A DNA stretch of 64,000 nt, taken from the NCBI GenBank assembly GCA_965287045.1, contig OZ336881.1, positions 66,650,001-66,714,000 of the forward strand, written 5' to 3'. The notes under the pieces are model-generated. The model worked only from the letters and a program-made list of their open reading frames with translations, was not told where the DNA came from and made no database searches. Of this stretch, positions 1-11,274 are shown piece after piece. The position numbers and the translations under genes were made by a program. How positions within the stretch are numbered: position 1 is the first letter of the stretch; every line of letters begins with the position of its first letter. This DNA comes from Carcharhinus amblyrhynchos. Lineage: Eukaryota.

Positions 1-95
1 AATTCACCACACGTAACAAGACACTGGGACAGGTGATCAAAGTTTTGTCAAACATATAACTTTTCAGGAGCACCCTAAAGAAGGAGAAATAAACC

Positions 96-359
96 GGAGG
101 GGTTTAGTGAGAAAATTTCAGAGAGAAAACGGAGAAGTTTAGTGAGGGAATTCCGGAAAGAAACTGGAGAGGTTTAGTGAAGAAATTCCAGAGAGAAAAT
201 GGACAGATTTAGTGAGGGAATTAGAGAGAAACCAGAGATTCAGTGAGGGAATTCCAGAAGGAAACCGAAGAAGTTTATTGAGGGAATTCCAGAAGGAAAC
301 CGGAGAATTTTAGTGAGGGAATTCCAGAGAGAAACTGGAGAGGTTTAGTGAGGGATTCC
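96..359. repeat. Minisatellite, ~35-bp unit, ~8 copies
   Basis: Repeated GGAGAGGTTTAGTGAGGGAATTCCAGAGAGAAACT-like unit. Confidence 0.9.
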
Positions 360-799
360 TATCATGTTTGTAATTACTTAATACTCAGGCACACTTCATA
401 CAGAAAAATCTCCGGGCTCAATGAAAAAGTTAAATTCCCTCAAGTGATCATTCAGTCATTGAGAAAATCTGTTCAGTAATCCCATAAAAGGCAGATAATC
501 CCTGAATAGTCTATTAAAACTGTCATTCAAGTGGTGTACACAACCATCTGATGAGGTAAATGGTTCTGTAGCTTTTGGAGTGCAGTCTAGCATTTATAAT
601 GGGGTTAGCTGGCCCAACAAAACCATTACTGCTCCAAACAGTGATGCTGATCGAAACTGGAAAAACAGATGGCTAGGTTTTTTTGGAGGAGGGGGGATGA
701 TGGTATTGAACAGCTTATACCTGCAATGGAGCTGACAAGAGAGGGAATGCTGGCTTATCCAGCACCAGTAAAAATTGCTGCAAGAGGGAATGGAGGGTA

Positions 800-1330
800 A
801 GAATCCAGAAATTGGGCCCTGCCTGCCATTTTTAAAGATCTCCCGAGCCAGACTGATGCAGTGAAAATTTGGGTCAATGTCTTCTGTATTACCAATATTT
901 AGTAGGAAGATATTTCTGCTCATCCAGTATTGATTGTTGGACAGATGCCAGTTCAGAGACATTGAAGGGTCAGGAGAGGTGGAGGCGAGGCAGAGCTGAG
1001 TATTGTCGTCCTACATGTGGAAATGGTGTTGTGCTTTCAGATGGTGTAATCAAGGGACAGAATGCTGATGGCAAAAACGAAGGGGTCAAGGACAGATCCT
1101 TAGGAAACTGCAGAGGTAATGGTGCGAGAGCAGGAAGCAGTGATTCTTTGATTATGATGGGACAGAAGTGAGGTTGCACCCAGCTGAGCAACGGTGGAGA
1201 GTAATTTTGTGGACAAGCATGTCAAAAACTGAAATCAGGTCAAGAAAGATAAGGAAGGTTACTTTACCTTTGTCACAGTCACACAGGATATCATTTGTGA
1301 CACTCTCCCCTTCCTGAGCTGCTAACCTCA
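800..1330 (-). mobile_element. L2-clade LINE RT fragment
   Basis: ORF 1152..1367 gives VTNDILCDCDKGKVTFLIFLDLISVFD, resembling the L2 RT motif LLDLSAAFD. Degenerate. Confidence 0.7.
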
Positions 1331-2340
1331 GCAGGACTCTCATCTCCCTCCCACCAAACCCCTCCACTAACCTACCTTGGGCATGGCAGATGACCTCCAG
1401 GCTGCCTGATGCTCTTCCTGTTTAGATGGCTTATCAATCAGTAGCATGGTAATGAAGCCCTGCTGTTAAGATAGCAAAAGATTCTATAAGTATATGAAAA
1501 GGAAGACAGTAGCTCGAGTCAGTATTGATCCCTTAGACATGAGCCTGGGGAGTTAATAACAGGGAACACAGAAATGGCAGAGACACTAAACCATCCTAGT
1601 AGTAACAGGTAATGCAGAGGTTGTTGAAAAGGAGGAACTTAAAATAATGGTCTTCACCCGGAGAAGAATACTGAGTAAACTCTTGTGATTAAAGGCAGAC
1701 AAGTCCCCAGGGCCTGATGGCCAACATCCTAGGGTCATAAATGAAGTGGCAGCAGAGATAATGGAGATTATAGTATTCCAAAATTCCCTGAATTCTGGAA
1801 AGGTTCCAGTGGATTAGAAAAAGGTTAATGTAACATTCCTGTTCAAAAGGGGAGAAAGTAGGAGATAATAGAGAAGTTAGTTTCACCACTGTGATTGGAA
1901 AATTATTGGAATTCATAATTAAGGAAGGAGTAACAGGATATTTGGAAAGTCAAAACACAGTCGATCAGAGTCAGCATGGTTTTATGAAGGATAAATCATG
2001 TTTAACTAACTTACTAGAGTTATCTGAAGATGTAACAAGAAAAGTGAACAATGGAGGTCCTGTAGACTTGGTGTATCTGATCTTCCAGAAGGCATTTTAT
2101 AAGGTGACACATACAAAGTAAAATCCAAGGGGGTTGGGGGTAATAGAGGATTGGCTAACCAACAGAAAACACTTGACTGGATAAATAGTTCTTTTTCTGG
2201 TTGACGAGCTGTAATGAGTGGGATACTGCAGAGTTCGGTTGTCAGGCCCCAACTATTTATAATTTATAATAATGACTTGGATGCAGGCATAGAATGCAGC
2301 GTAGCCAAATTTGCAGATGATGCTAAAGTAGGCGGGAAAG

Positions 2341-2760
2341 CCGGTGGCATGGTGACACAATGTTATCACTGCTGCTTCACAGCACCAGAGACCCGGGTTT
2401 GATTAGACCCTGGGGTGACTGTGTGGAGTTTGCATGTTCTCCTCCTACATACGTGGGTTTCATCCGGTGCTCCAGTTTAGGGGAATTTCATAGTAACTTC
2501 ATTGCAGTATTAAAGTAAGCCTTACTTGTGACTAATAAATAAATTTTAACTTTTTTCCTCCCATACTCCAAAGATGTGTAGATTAGCTGGATTGACCATG
2601 GTAAATTACCCCTTTCTGTCCAAAAGTGTGTAGGTTAGGTGGATTAGTCATGATAAGTGTAAGGGGGCACAGGACAGTGGAGTGGGCCTGAGTAAGATGT
2701 TCTTTCGGAGTTGATAGGCTGAATGGCCTCCTTTTACACTGCAGGGATTCTATGGTTCTA
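2341..2760 (+). mobile_element. HE1-type tRNA-derived V-SINE (CR1-type tail) with a nested tail-B fragment at ~2477-2550
   Basis: tRNA-like head, GTGTGGAGTTTGCATGTTCTCC core, GGCTGAATGGCCTCCTT...GGGATTCTATG tail. Confidence 0.8.
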
Positions 2761-3194
2761 CGAAAGCAAGTTGCAATGTGGAAATAAGTTTACAAATGGA
2801 TATGGATAGATGAGAACACCAACATTTGGCATATGGAATTTAATGTGGATAATTATGGATTTATCCATTTTGGACAGAGCAATAAAAAGGCGACTTATTA
2901 TGTAAATAGAGAGAAACTTGCAAATGCTTCTGTGCAGAGGAATCTGGGTGTCCTCATGTATGAATTGCAGAAAGTTGGTACACAGGTATAGCAGGTAATA
3001 AAGAAGACAAATGGAATTTTGGGCTTCATTGCCAATGGAATAGAGTATAAAAGTAGGGAGGTGCTGTTGCGACTGTATTCAGCATTGGTGAGACCCCCAA
3101 CTGAAGTACTGCACGCAGTTTTGATCCCCTTACTTGTGGAAGGATGTAAATGCATTGGAGACAGATCAGAGAAGGTTCACTAGATTGATTCTTA

Positions 3195-3500
3195 GAATCA
3201 TAGTATTCTGCAGGAGGCCATTCGGCTCACCAAGTCTGCACTGACCACAATCTCACCCAGGCCCTATCCCCATAATCCCATGCATTTAGCATAGCTATTC
3301 CCTTCTACACTAAAGGTCAATTTAGCATAGCCAATCCACCTAACCCACACATCTTTGGACAGTGGGAGAAAACCAGAGTACCCGGAGGCAAGTCATGCAG
3401 ACATGGGGAGAATGTGCAAAATCTGTACAGTGACCCAAGCCAGGCGTCGAACACAGGCCCCTTGGTGCTGTGAGGCAGCAGTGCTAGCCACTATGCCACC
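3195..3500 (-). mobile_element. HE1-type SINE, CR1-type tail
   Basis: Reverse complement of the same head/core/tail. Similar copies at ~6205-6372(-), 10226-10535(+), 10637-10940(+), 13245-13533(-), 15105-15385(-), 16158-16475(-), 39362-39610(+), 40778-41085(-), 42340-42780(-), 46480-46665(-), 53050-53375(+). Confidence 0.85.
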
Positions 3501-4079
3501 CTGATCCCAAGGTGAAGGACTTGTCTTATGAAGAGAGAGTGAGGAGTTTAGGCCCATGCTTGCTGGAGTTTAGAAGAGAGAAAAGAGACCTAATTAACAT
3601 ACATAAGATGCTTAAGGGATTGAAATAAAGTGGACGTTTCCCCGTGTTGGATGTTCGAGAACAAAATGTCATAGTTTTAGGCTAAGGGGTTGCAGATTTA
3701 AAACAGAAATGAGGAGGAAGTACTTCACTCGAAGGGTCGTGAACCTGTGGAATTGTCTATCCCAGAGTTCAGGGGATGCCGGAATTCCAAATAAGTTTAA
3801 GGAGGAGATAGATAGGTTTCTAATTAGCAGTGGATGAAGGGTTAGGAGGACTGGACAGGAAGGTGGAGGAGGCCAAAACAAGAATCAGCCATGATTATAT
3901 TGAATGGCAGAGCTGGCTCAGTGCTGAATTGCTACTCCTGCTCCTAGTTCTTATGTAACATAAGATGGGTCAGGCCTTCAGCTGGCACTCCAGCCAGAGC
4001 TGGCTATTTGCTATGTTGTTTAATTGCCCATCCTAGGGTCAAAAGTCCTTCTGGAGTGTAAATGCACTATAACCTATGA

Positions 4080-4368
4080 GGCAGCATGGTGGCACAATGG
4101 TTAGCACTGCTGCCTTACAGCGCCAGGGACCTGGGTTTGAATCTTGGCTTGAGTCACTGTCTTGTGGAATTTGCACATTCTCCCGTGTCTGTGTGGGTTT
4201 CTTCCGGGTGCTCTGGTTTCCTCCCACAGTCCAAACATGCGCAAGTTAGGTGCTAAATTCTCTCTTAGTGTACCTGAACAAGCACTGGACTGTGGCAACT
4301 AGGGGATTTTCACAGTAACTTCATTGCAGTGTGAGTGTAAGCTTGCTTATGACTAATAAATAAACTTT
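4080..4368 (+). mobile_element. HE1-type SINE, alternative tail B
   Basis: Same head/core but ends GGGGATTTTCACAGTAACTTCATTGCAGTG...TGACTAATAAATAAACTTT. Similar copies at ~6546-6820(+), 11730-12015(+), 21075-21375(-), 22437-22745(+), 26290-26550(-), 39770-40015(-), 40203-40500(+), 51590-51865(-), 60257-60740 (nested pair). Confidence 0.85.
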
Positions 4369-4383
4369 ACAGAAAGAACAACA

Positions 4384-4433
4384 TTTATTTCCTAACTTCT
4401 GTTCTAATTTTTAGAAAAATGAATACATTTATT
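4384..4433 (-). promoter_or_regulatory. Candidate polyadenylation signals for LHCGR
   Basis: Two minus-strand AATAAA hexamers (4433-4428 and 4389-4384), about 410-460 nt after the stop. Not confirmed by transcript data. Confidence 0.45.
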
Positions 4434-4843
4434 TTAATTGAAACTTTTTACATCGTTCCCCAGAATGGCCAATTTGCTAAATTTGCTTCTTGGTGCGGTA
4501 AAGAAGCCATTGAAACCAGAATGTTCCAGATATGATCGCTGGATTTAACAAATCTCAGCCAGGGGTCAACGATATGCCACAGCATTAAGCCTCTACTTTC
4601 CTGGGCTTAAAAGGTGATAAATTAACCAGGGTTCCTTCCTCTGCCTGGATATGTAGGGTGGGCGCTGCATCCGGATCAGTGCTGGTGCCCTTAGTTGGCA
4701 CATCAACAGCCACTGCCGGGGGTTCATACTTGCAAAGTGGGCTGTTGAGGTCCTGGGGTTGCTGTTGCGGCCTGTAAGTTCAGCCCAGCGCGTGTCAGCA
4801 CCTTGGGGCGGAGGAGGAGAGAAAATGTGCAGCATGAATGTTC

Positions 4844-6119
4844 TCAGCATTCCCTACAACACAGTTCAGTGGCTGCACTGACTGGCAGATCCTGCACATT
4901 GAACGTCGCCAGCTTGACCGCTGCCCCCGAGTTTTCCTTGGTGCCGCTCTTGGAACTCGAGTTGTCAGTTTTGTAAATTTGCGCCTGCATTTCGCAGTAG
5001 CCAAACTTGCTCAGCAGGATGAAGAAGTCCCTCCTGAACGCTTTTGTGAAGATTGCGTAGAGAAACGGATTTGCACAGGAGTTGAGCGGGTAAAACAATA
5101 CCAGCAGGATTTTCGCATTGGTCACGGTAATAAAAGGTGACTTGAAAGCCGCTGAAATAGCAAAGAATGAAATTGGAGCCATACACGTGAAGTCTGTGAA
5201 GATCAGAATCGCCATTCGTTTTGCAATCTTCGTGTCGCTGTTTTTCGAAACAAAATCAGGGTTTTTCACGGCTAAATATATTTTGACATAGCAAACACAA
5301 ATGATAATAAAGGCAATAACATTCAGCATCAGTAGGAATATAACATAAGCTTGGGAGATGGGCGTTTCTATATCCATGGGCAAACAGATGCTAACTTTCA
5401 TGTAATTGCTGATTCCTACAAGTGGCAGTGTTGCTACAATAAGGGAGAATATCCAGCCTCCGGCCATAATCACAACAGCGTGCCTTAATCGGAGCTTTCT
5501 GTCCATTTGCATAGCATGGGTGATCGTGTGCCATCTTTCGAAGGTAATCACCATCAGCGTGTACACAGAGAGCTCGCTGGCGAAAACGGTAAAGAAGCCA
5601 GCACTGGCACACCCGGCACCTGTCTGCCAATCTATGGCATAGTTGTAATACTGGCTTCTGGTACTCAAATCGACTGATGCAATAAGCAGCAAATAGAGGC
5701 CCATACAGAGATCGGCAAAAGCCAGGTTGCACATGAGGAAACGGGGGACCGTCAGCTTATTCTGACTAACCACCAGAACAATAAACACAACAAAGTTACC
5801 CACAATAGCAAGGACATTAATGAACCATATCAGCACTCTGAGGACATTGTACCCCATTATATCTTCACATGGGTTGAAGGCATCTGGTTCTGGAGTACAG
5901 ATGAGGTCTACCTTTGAGTGACAAAAGTCATAATCAAATGACACTGAATTTTCATATATTTCTTCTAAAGGTTCATAGTCATCATCAGGGGTACTTTCAG
6001 GAAAGTTTGAATCATTCTGTGAAGAAGGGTGCCTTTTCACTCCAGCAGAAACATTCTGTAAGCTCCTGTCTCCGAGTTGCAGTGGCTGCAGACCAAGATG
6101 AGGATAGTCATTCCCGAGA
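4844..6119 (-). CDS. LHCGR: LH/CG receptor terminal exon 11: hinge end, 7TM domain, C-tail
   Basis: ORF 4844..6133, with true start at the acceptor CTCTTCTCTGTGTCTGCTTATAG (AG 6121-6120). Contains [26 protein letters not shown] and NSCANPFLY. Ends EC*, as human LHCGR does. Confidence 0.96.
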
Positions 6120-7268
6120 CTATAAGCAGACACAGAGAAGAGATGGTTTATTAGGACCAGTGGATTTTATTTAACTTGTGCAAGGAAAATCCGCTTAGAA
6201 ACAAGTCATAGAATCTACAGAGCAGAAGGAGGCCATTTGACCCATTGAGCCTGCACTGACAACAATCCCACCCAGGTCCTATCCCTGTAACCCCATTTGT
6301 TTGCCCCACTAATCCCCTTGACACTAAGGGGCAATTTATCATGGCCAATCAACCTAATCCACACATCTTTAGGCTTGCAGTTTCATATCATAATCCTGGT
6401 ACTACAGGTTTCAAAAACACCAAACAGTTTCAGAGTTTCCTTCATCCATCACATTGTAACTGCAAGGTAGCATTATTTGCAAAAAAATAAATTAAGGGAA
6501 TGGTAAATTATAATGTATTGCTGAAAAAGGACATCTGCTGCTTTGGGGCAGTATGATGGCACTGTGCTAAAAAGTACTGCTGCCTCACAGTACCAGGGAC
6601 CTGGGTTCGATTCCCAGCTTGGGTTACTGTGCAGAGTTTGCACGTTCTCCCTGTGCCTGCTTGGATTTCCACTGGGTGCTCTGGTTTCCTGGTCAGGTGT
6701 ATTGGCCATGCTAAGTTCTCCCTCAATGTGCTGGAGTGTGGTGACGAGGGGATTTTCACAGAACTTCATTGCAGTGTTAACATAGAGCTACTTGTGACAC
6801 TAATAAATAAATAAACTTTTATCCTGCACTCATCACAAGAATAGATAAATGTGAAGGGAACAACTGTTTATACTGCACGAGAAGAGAGCTGGTTGGTTGG
6901 CAAGTGGATTCTGATTGTTAGAGGTGTTGCCATGGTGAATGTGCCAGTTAACTGAAAACTGACAGTTAACTGCCAAGTTTTGTTCAAATTCAAAGCAGGC
7001 AGGTTGACTCTGATTGGTGAAGGAATGACCAGGGATTGTCTAACAACTATTTTCTTAGTTGCAAAAGTCACAATGTGTGGACATGTTCTTTCTGTCTGCA
7101 AAGGACAGTGCCTTGTGTGTGAATATATGTAGCTTCTAACACACATTAAGTGAGCCACACTGCGTGCCCAACTGATGCTCTTAAATTGGTTGTCGGTGTA
7201 ATTCTTCACACAATTGGGATTATTTAGCAAATTCAAATTGTGGAATGACATCTAAAGTTGGACAGTTT

Positions 7269-7406
7269 GGGGAGAATTTTCCCATCTCACCTGCCACAGG
7301 AATTGTGGCGGACATTGGGGGAGGGGGCAATGAACCATGCAAAGGTCCATTGACCTCGGGTGGGATTTTCTGGTTTTGGGGCGAGCGTAGCCAGAAAATC
7401 CTGCCC
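7269..7406. mobile_element. ~130-140 bp MITE with GGG..GATTTTCC-type TIRs
   Basis: Left end GGGGAGAATTTTCC, right end AGAAAATCCTGCCC. Same family in the opposite orientation at 27771-27898 and 45436-45562; partial copy at ~42487-42600. Confidence 0.7.
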
Positions 7407-7489
7407 TATGATTTGCATCCTGCGAGCACAGACTTGTTTCAGTACTGGCGGCACTTTGCCTTTTGCATCTGATCAGATGAATGGTATCA

Positions 7490-8830
7490 TACAATGCAGA
7501 AGAGGCCCTTCAGCCCATCGAGTCCGTAGACACATTAGAAACACCTGAACTCCCACCTAATCCCATCTGCCAGCACTTGACCCATCGCCCTGAATGTTAT
7601 GATGCGTCAAGTATTCATCCAGATACTTTTTAAAGGATGTGAGGCAACCCGCCTCCACTACCATCCCAGGCAGTGCATTCCAGACCGTGACCACCCTCTG
7701 GGTAAAGAGATCTTTCCTCACATCCCCCCAATACCTCCTGCCCCTCACCTCGAAACTATGCCTCCTCGTAATTGAGCCTTCAACTGAGGGGAATAGCTAC
7801 TCCTTATCCATTCTGTCCATGTCTCTCATAATCTTGTACACCTTGATCAGGTCACCCCTCAGTCTTCTTTGCTCCAACAAAAGCAATCCAAGCCCACACA
7901 ACCTCTCTATAATTTAAATGTTCCATCCCAGGCAGCATCTTGGTGAATTTCGTCTGCACCCCCTCCAGTGCAATCACATCCTTCTGATAATGTGGTGACC
8001 AGAGCTGCACACAGCACTCTAGCTGTGGCATCACCAAAATTCTATACAACTCCAACATGACTTCCCTACTTTTGTAATCTGTGCCTTGATTGATAAAGGC
8101 AAGTGTCCCATATGCTTTTTTACCACCCTATTAACTTGCCCTTCCACTTTCAAAGTTTTGTGAACAAACACTCCGACGTCCCTTCGTTCCACAGAACTTT
8201 CCAGTGTCCTACCGTTCATTGAATATTTCCTTGTCAAATTACTTCTAAAGTGTATCATCTCATACTTTTCAGGGTTAAATTCTATCTGCCACTTATCTGC
8301 CCATTTGACCATTTCATCCATGTCTTCTTGTAGCCCAAGATGCTTTGCTTCACTGTTATCCACTCACCCAATCTTCGTGTCATCCGCAAACTTACTAATC
8401 CTACCCCCTACATGGTTGGTCGCCTGCTCAAAAACTTCACTCAAATTTGTTAGACATGACCTCTGATGAAGCCATGCTGACTACCCCTGATCAAGCTTTG
8501 CCTCTCCAAGTAGAGATAGATGTTCTCCTTCAGAAGTTTCTCTAATAGTTTCCCTTCCATTGATGCGAGACTGACTGATCTGTAACTCCCTGATTTATCT
8601 CTATAAAACTTCTTAAATAGCAGAATCACATTAGCTGTTCTCCAGTTGTCTGACACCTCCCTCGTGGCCAGAGAGGAATTGAAAATTTGGTTCAGAGCCT
8701 CTGCAATCTCCTGTCTTACCTCCCATAGCAGCCTAGGCCACAATTCATCTGGACCTGGAGATTTGTCCACTTTTAAGGCTGCCAACACCTCTAATACCTT
8801 GTCCTTCCCTATGTCAATTTGGTCAAAGGA
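7490..8830 (-). mobile_element. CR1-type LINE fragment
   Basis: LKVDKSPGPD, NWRTANVILLFKK, SQHGF and WADKWQIEFNPEK motifs in ORFs 8450..8932 and 8031..8363. Further CR1 pieces at ~16590-17080(-), 25670-26270(+), 32295-32550(+), 32820-33220(-), 50085-51340(-), 61730-62020(-). Confidence 0.88.
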
Positions 8831-9899
8831 CATCCTTTTGATACAATCTGTTGCCAGTCCTTGGGATGTACAGCCTACATACCTGGCATCACACTGGCAC
8901 TGAGATTCAAATATCACATTACTCATTTGCATGATAGGCTTATTTGGTTTAACAGCAGCATCCTGTTAGTGGCCAATACTACTCGAGTTGCAACTGCATA
9001 GGACGGTGTGAAATGGCCAGCTTCACCTGTTGCTTATATTTTGAGGTGCCTTACCCTTCCAGAGTAACCTGAGATTGACTGGACACCTATCAGGCCCAAA
9101 AATGGCAGTCTTATGCTCATTTATGTGTTTGCGTGATATACAACAAGAGCAATGATCTGATCAGGGTAACAGTTTTCCTGCAGAATGGCTTTGATCATCC
9201 TATTTCAGCAATAAGCTTGCACAGTGAACAAATGGCTTGGGATGTATCCTTAAGGTTGCCAATAAGGTCAATTTCCTAGTGTGTGGAACTGTGGGAATCC
9301 CAAAGTGTTTTATAACCAGTGAAGGTAGGCTTCCAGATGGCAGATTTCTCAACCAGTATAAATGTAAAGCAAATTAATTTTAGTAGTTCTTAATCTTTCT
9401 TTTAGAGAACCATAATTATTTAAAACCATTTGGGATGAAACATTTATATTTATGAATATGAAAATATCAGTGTCAGGCAATGATTTTTTTCAGCCTTTAA
9501 CTTGGTTCTCTGCATCAGATGTATTAAAACTGGTCTAATAATGTGCTTTAATCATTGAAAAGCATTCCTTTCTGATCAACATGATACTTTCTCCTCAGAA
9601 AAACACCCTTAAGATGTCTTCTGAGTGTGAACTTCGTGCTAAATGCTGAGCCAAAGTGCACCCAAATAAATATCGACTGACTATCCTAATTTAACCTCAG
9701 GGGATCATAAGGTATTTACAGATGATGACAGTCATTTGGCCCATTTTAATTTATCCATCCAGAAAATCTCTACAGAACTCCAATGATCTCAGTACTGAGA
9801 AGACAGAAGCATTTCCGACACCAGAGAAGCTTCCAACAACATACCCATGCCATCACCATGACTGCCCACTTACATCTCAGTTACGTTGTCTTATTCCAC

Positions 9900-10220
9900 A
9901 CCTGCCTCAGCTTATCTCCCACTGAAACCTTCATTGTTACCTCCTCTACTCTTTAATATTCCAATACTCTCCTGATAGGTCTCCCATTAGACCTTCCATA
10001 AACTTGAGCTAAGCCAAAACTCTGCTGCCTGTATGCTGACTTGCATCAAGTCCTTTTAACCCATTAGCCCTGCTCAGGTTAATTGCATTGGCTCCCAGTC
10101 CAGCAATGTCTCCATTTTAAAAAACCTCATCTTTGGTTCCAATCTCTCTATGCCCTCCTACATCCAGCTCCACAGATCTAAGATCCTCTAAGATCACTGC
10201 GCTCCTTCATTTGGCCTCTT
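9900..10220 (+). mobile_element. L2-clade LINE 3' ORF fragment
   Basis: Degenerate QNSAA...LHWLPV-type coding remnant (AAACTCTGCTGCC, TGCATTGGCTCCCAGTC). Confidence 0.6.
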
Positions 10221-11274
10221 GCCAGGGCAGCATTATGGCACAGTAGGTGGTACTGCTGCCTCACAGTGCCAGGGACCCAGGTTCAATTCTTGGCTTGGGT
10301 CAATGTCTGTGTGGAGTTTGCACATTTTCCCCATGTCTGCGTGGGATCCTCTGGGATTCCTTCCACAGTCCAGAAATGTGCAAGTTAGGTTGATTGGCCA
10401 TGCTAAATTTCTTCTTAGTGTTAAGGGGGATGCCAGGGTAAATATGTGGGGTTACAGGGATAGCGTCTGAAGGGGAATGTTGTCAGTGCAGGTTCGATGG
10501 CTGAATGGCCCCTTTCTGCAGTGTATGTATTCTGTGCCACTTCTATCCCATCTCATAGTTTAATCATCATGTGCAATATGTTTTTTAGGTTTGTCCTCCT
10601 TAGGACTTTGTTTCATTATAGTAGCCAAAACAACTTGCATACAGCGCCAGGGACCCGGGTTCAATCCCAGTCTCAGGTCACTGTCTGTGTGGAGTTTTAA
10701 TGTTCTCACCATGTCTATGTGGGTTTCCTCCAGGTGCTCCCACAGTCCAGAGATGCCCAAGTTAGTTGGAATGGCCATGCTAAATTGCCCCTTAGTGTCC
10801 AAAATGTATTAGGAGGATTAGCAGGGTAAATGGGGTTCTGAGGATGGGTTGGGCCTGCGTAAGATACTCTGTCGGAGAGTTGCTGCAGACTCGATAGGCT
10901 GAATAGCTTCCTTCTGCATTGTTGGGATTCTATGATTCTAAATTGGGTAATTTGATTTTCCTGAACAATGAATGTTTTTTTTCATCTATCATCCAGTAGA
11001 TACTTATAAAGCAGAGAAATGAAGGGAAGATTAACAAAAAGCTAAAATGAACTGCAAGTATAGCAATGACAGCATTCCTGAAGCATGTTGCCACACAAAG
11101 CTGATCCCAATCTGTATAGCTGGAATGTGAAGCAAGTATGAGGAAAAATCAATAATGTATCAAAAAAGTTGTCATACATTTAATGATGTTATTGGCCCTA
11201 AAAAGATAAATTACTGGAGGTCACAAATGGTCTAATTCAATATTTTATGTTTTGATGTTTAGAACGATACTTAC

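Larger units (their letters stand above)
1470..3960 (+). mobile_element. CR1-type LINE (RT region to 3' end), interrupted by two SINEs
   Basis: QSQHGFMKDKSCLTNLLE, FQKAF and KFADD motifs in ORFs 1891..2121 and 2214..2402. CR1 3' tail near 3890-3960. Confidence 0.85.
6815..9370 (-). mobile_element. Penelope-like element (family 2) remnant, split by MITE and CR1 insertions
   Basis: GIY-YIG N-half SNVIFESQCQCDARYVGCTSQ (~8860-8930) and C-half LLNNPNCVKNYTDNQFKSI (~7100-7250). Homologous to 58837-60060. Confidence 0.7.

Noticed and set aside
96-359. CRISPR-like array
   Set aside because: Head-to-tail units with no unique spacers, vertebrate context and no cas genes. The same applies to the arrays at 17090, 23650 and 29700.
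4080-4150. tRNA genes at SINE heads
   Set aside because: A/B boxes are present but continue into SINE bodies, with no complete cloverleaf.
4844-6133. Treating the 429-aa ORF as a complete single-exon GPCR, or as FSHR/TSHR
   Set aside because: The GTG start lies in the intron's pyrimidine tract. Eight upstream exons splice in frame, and exon 10 plus the LRR sequences indicate LHCGR.
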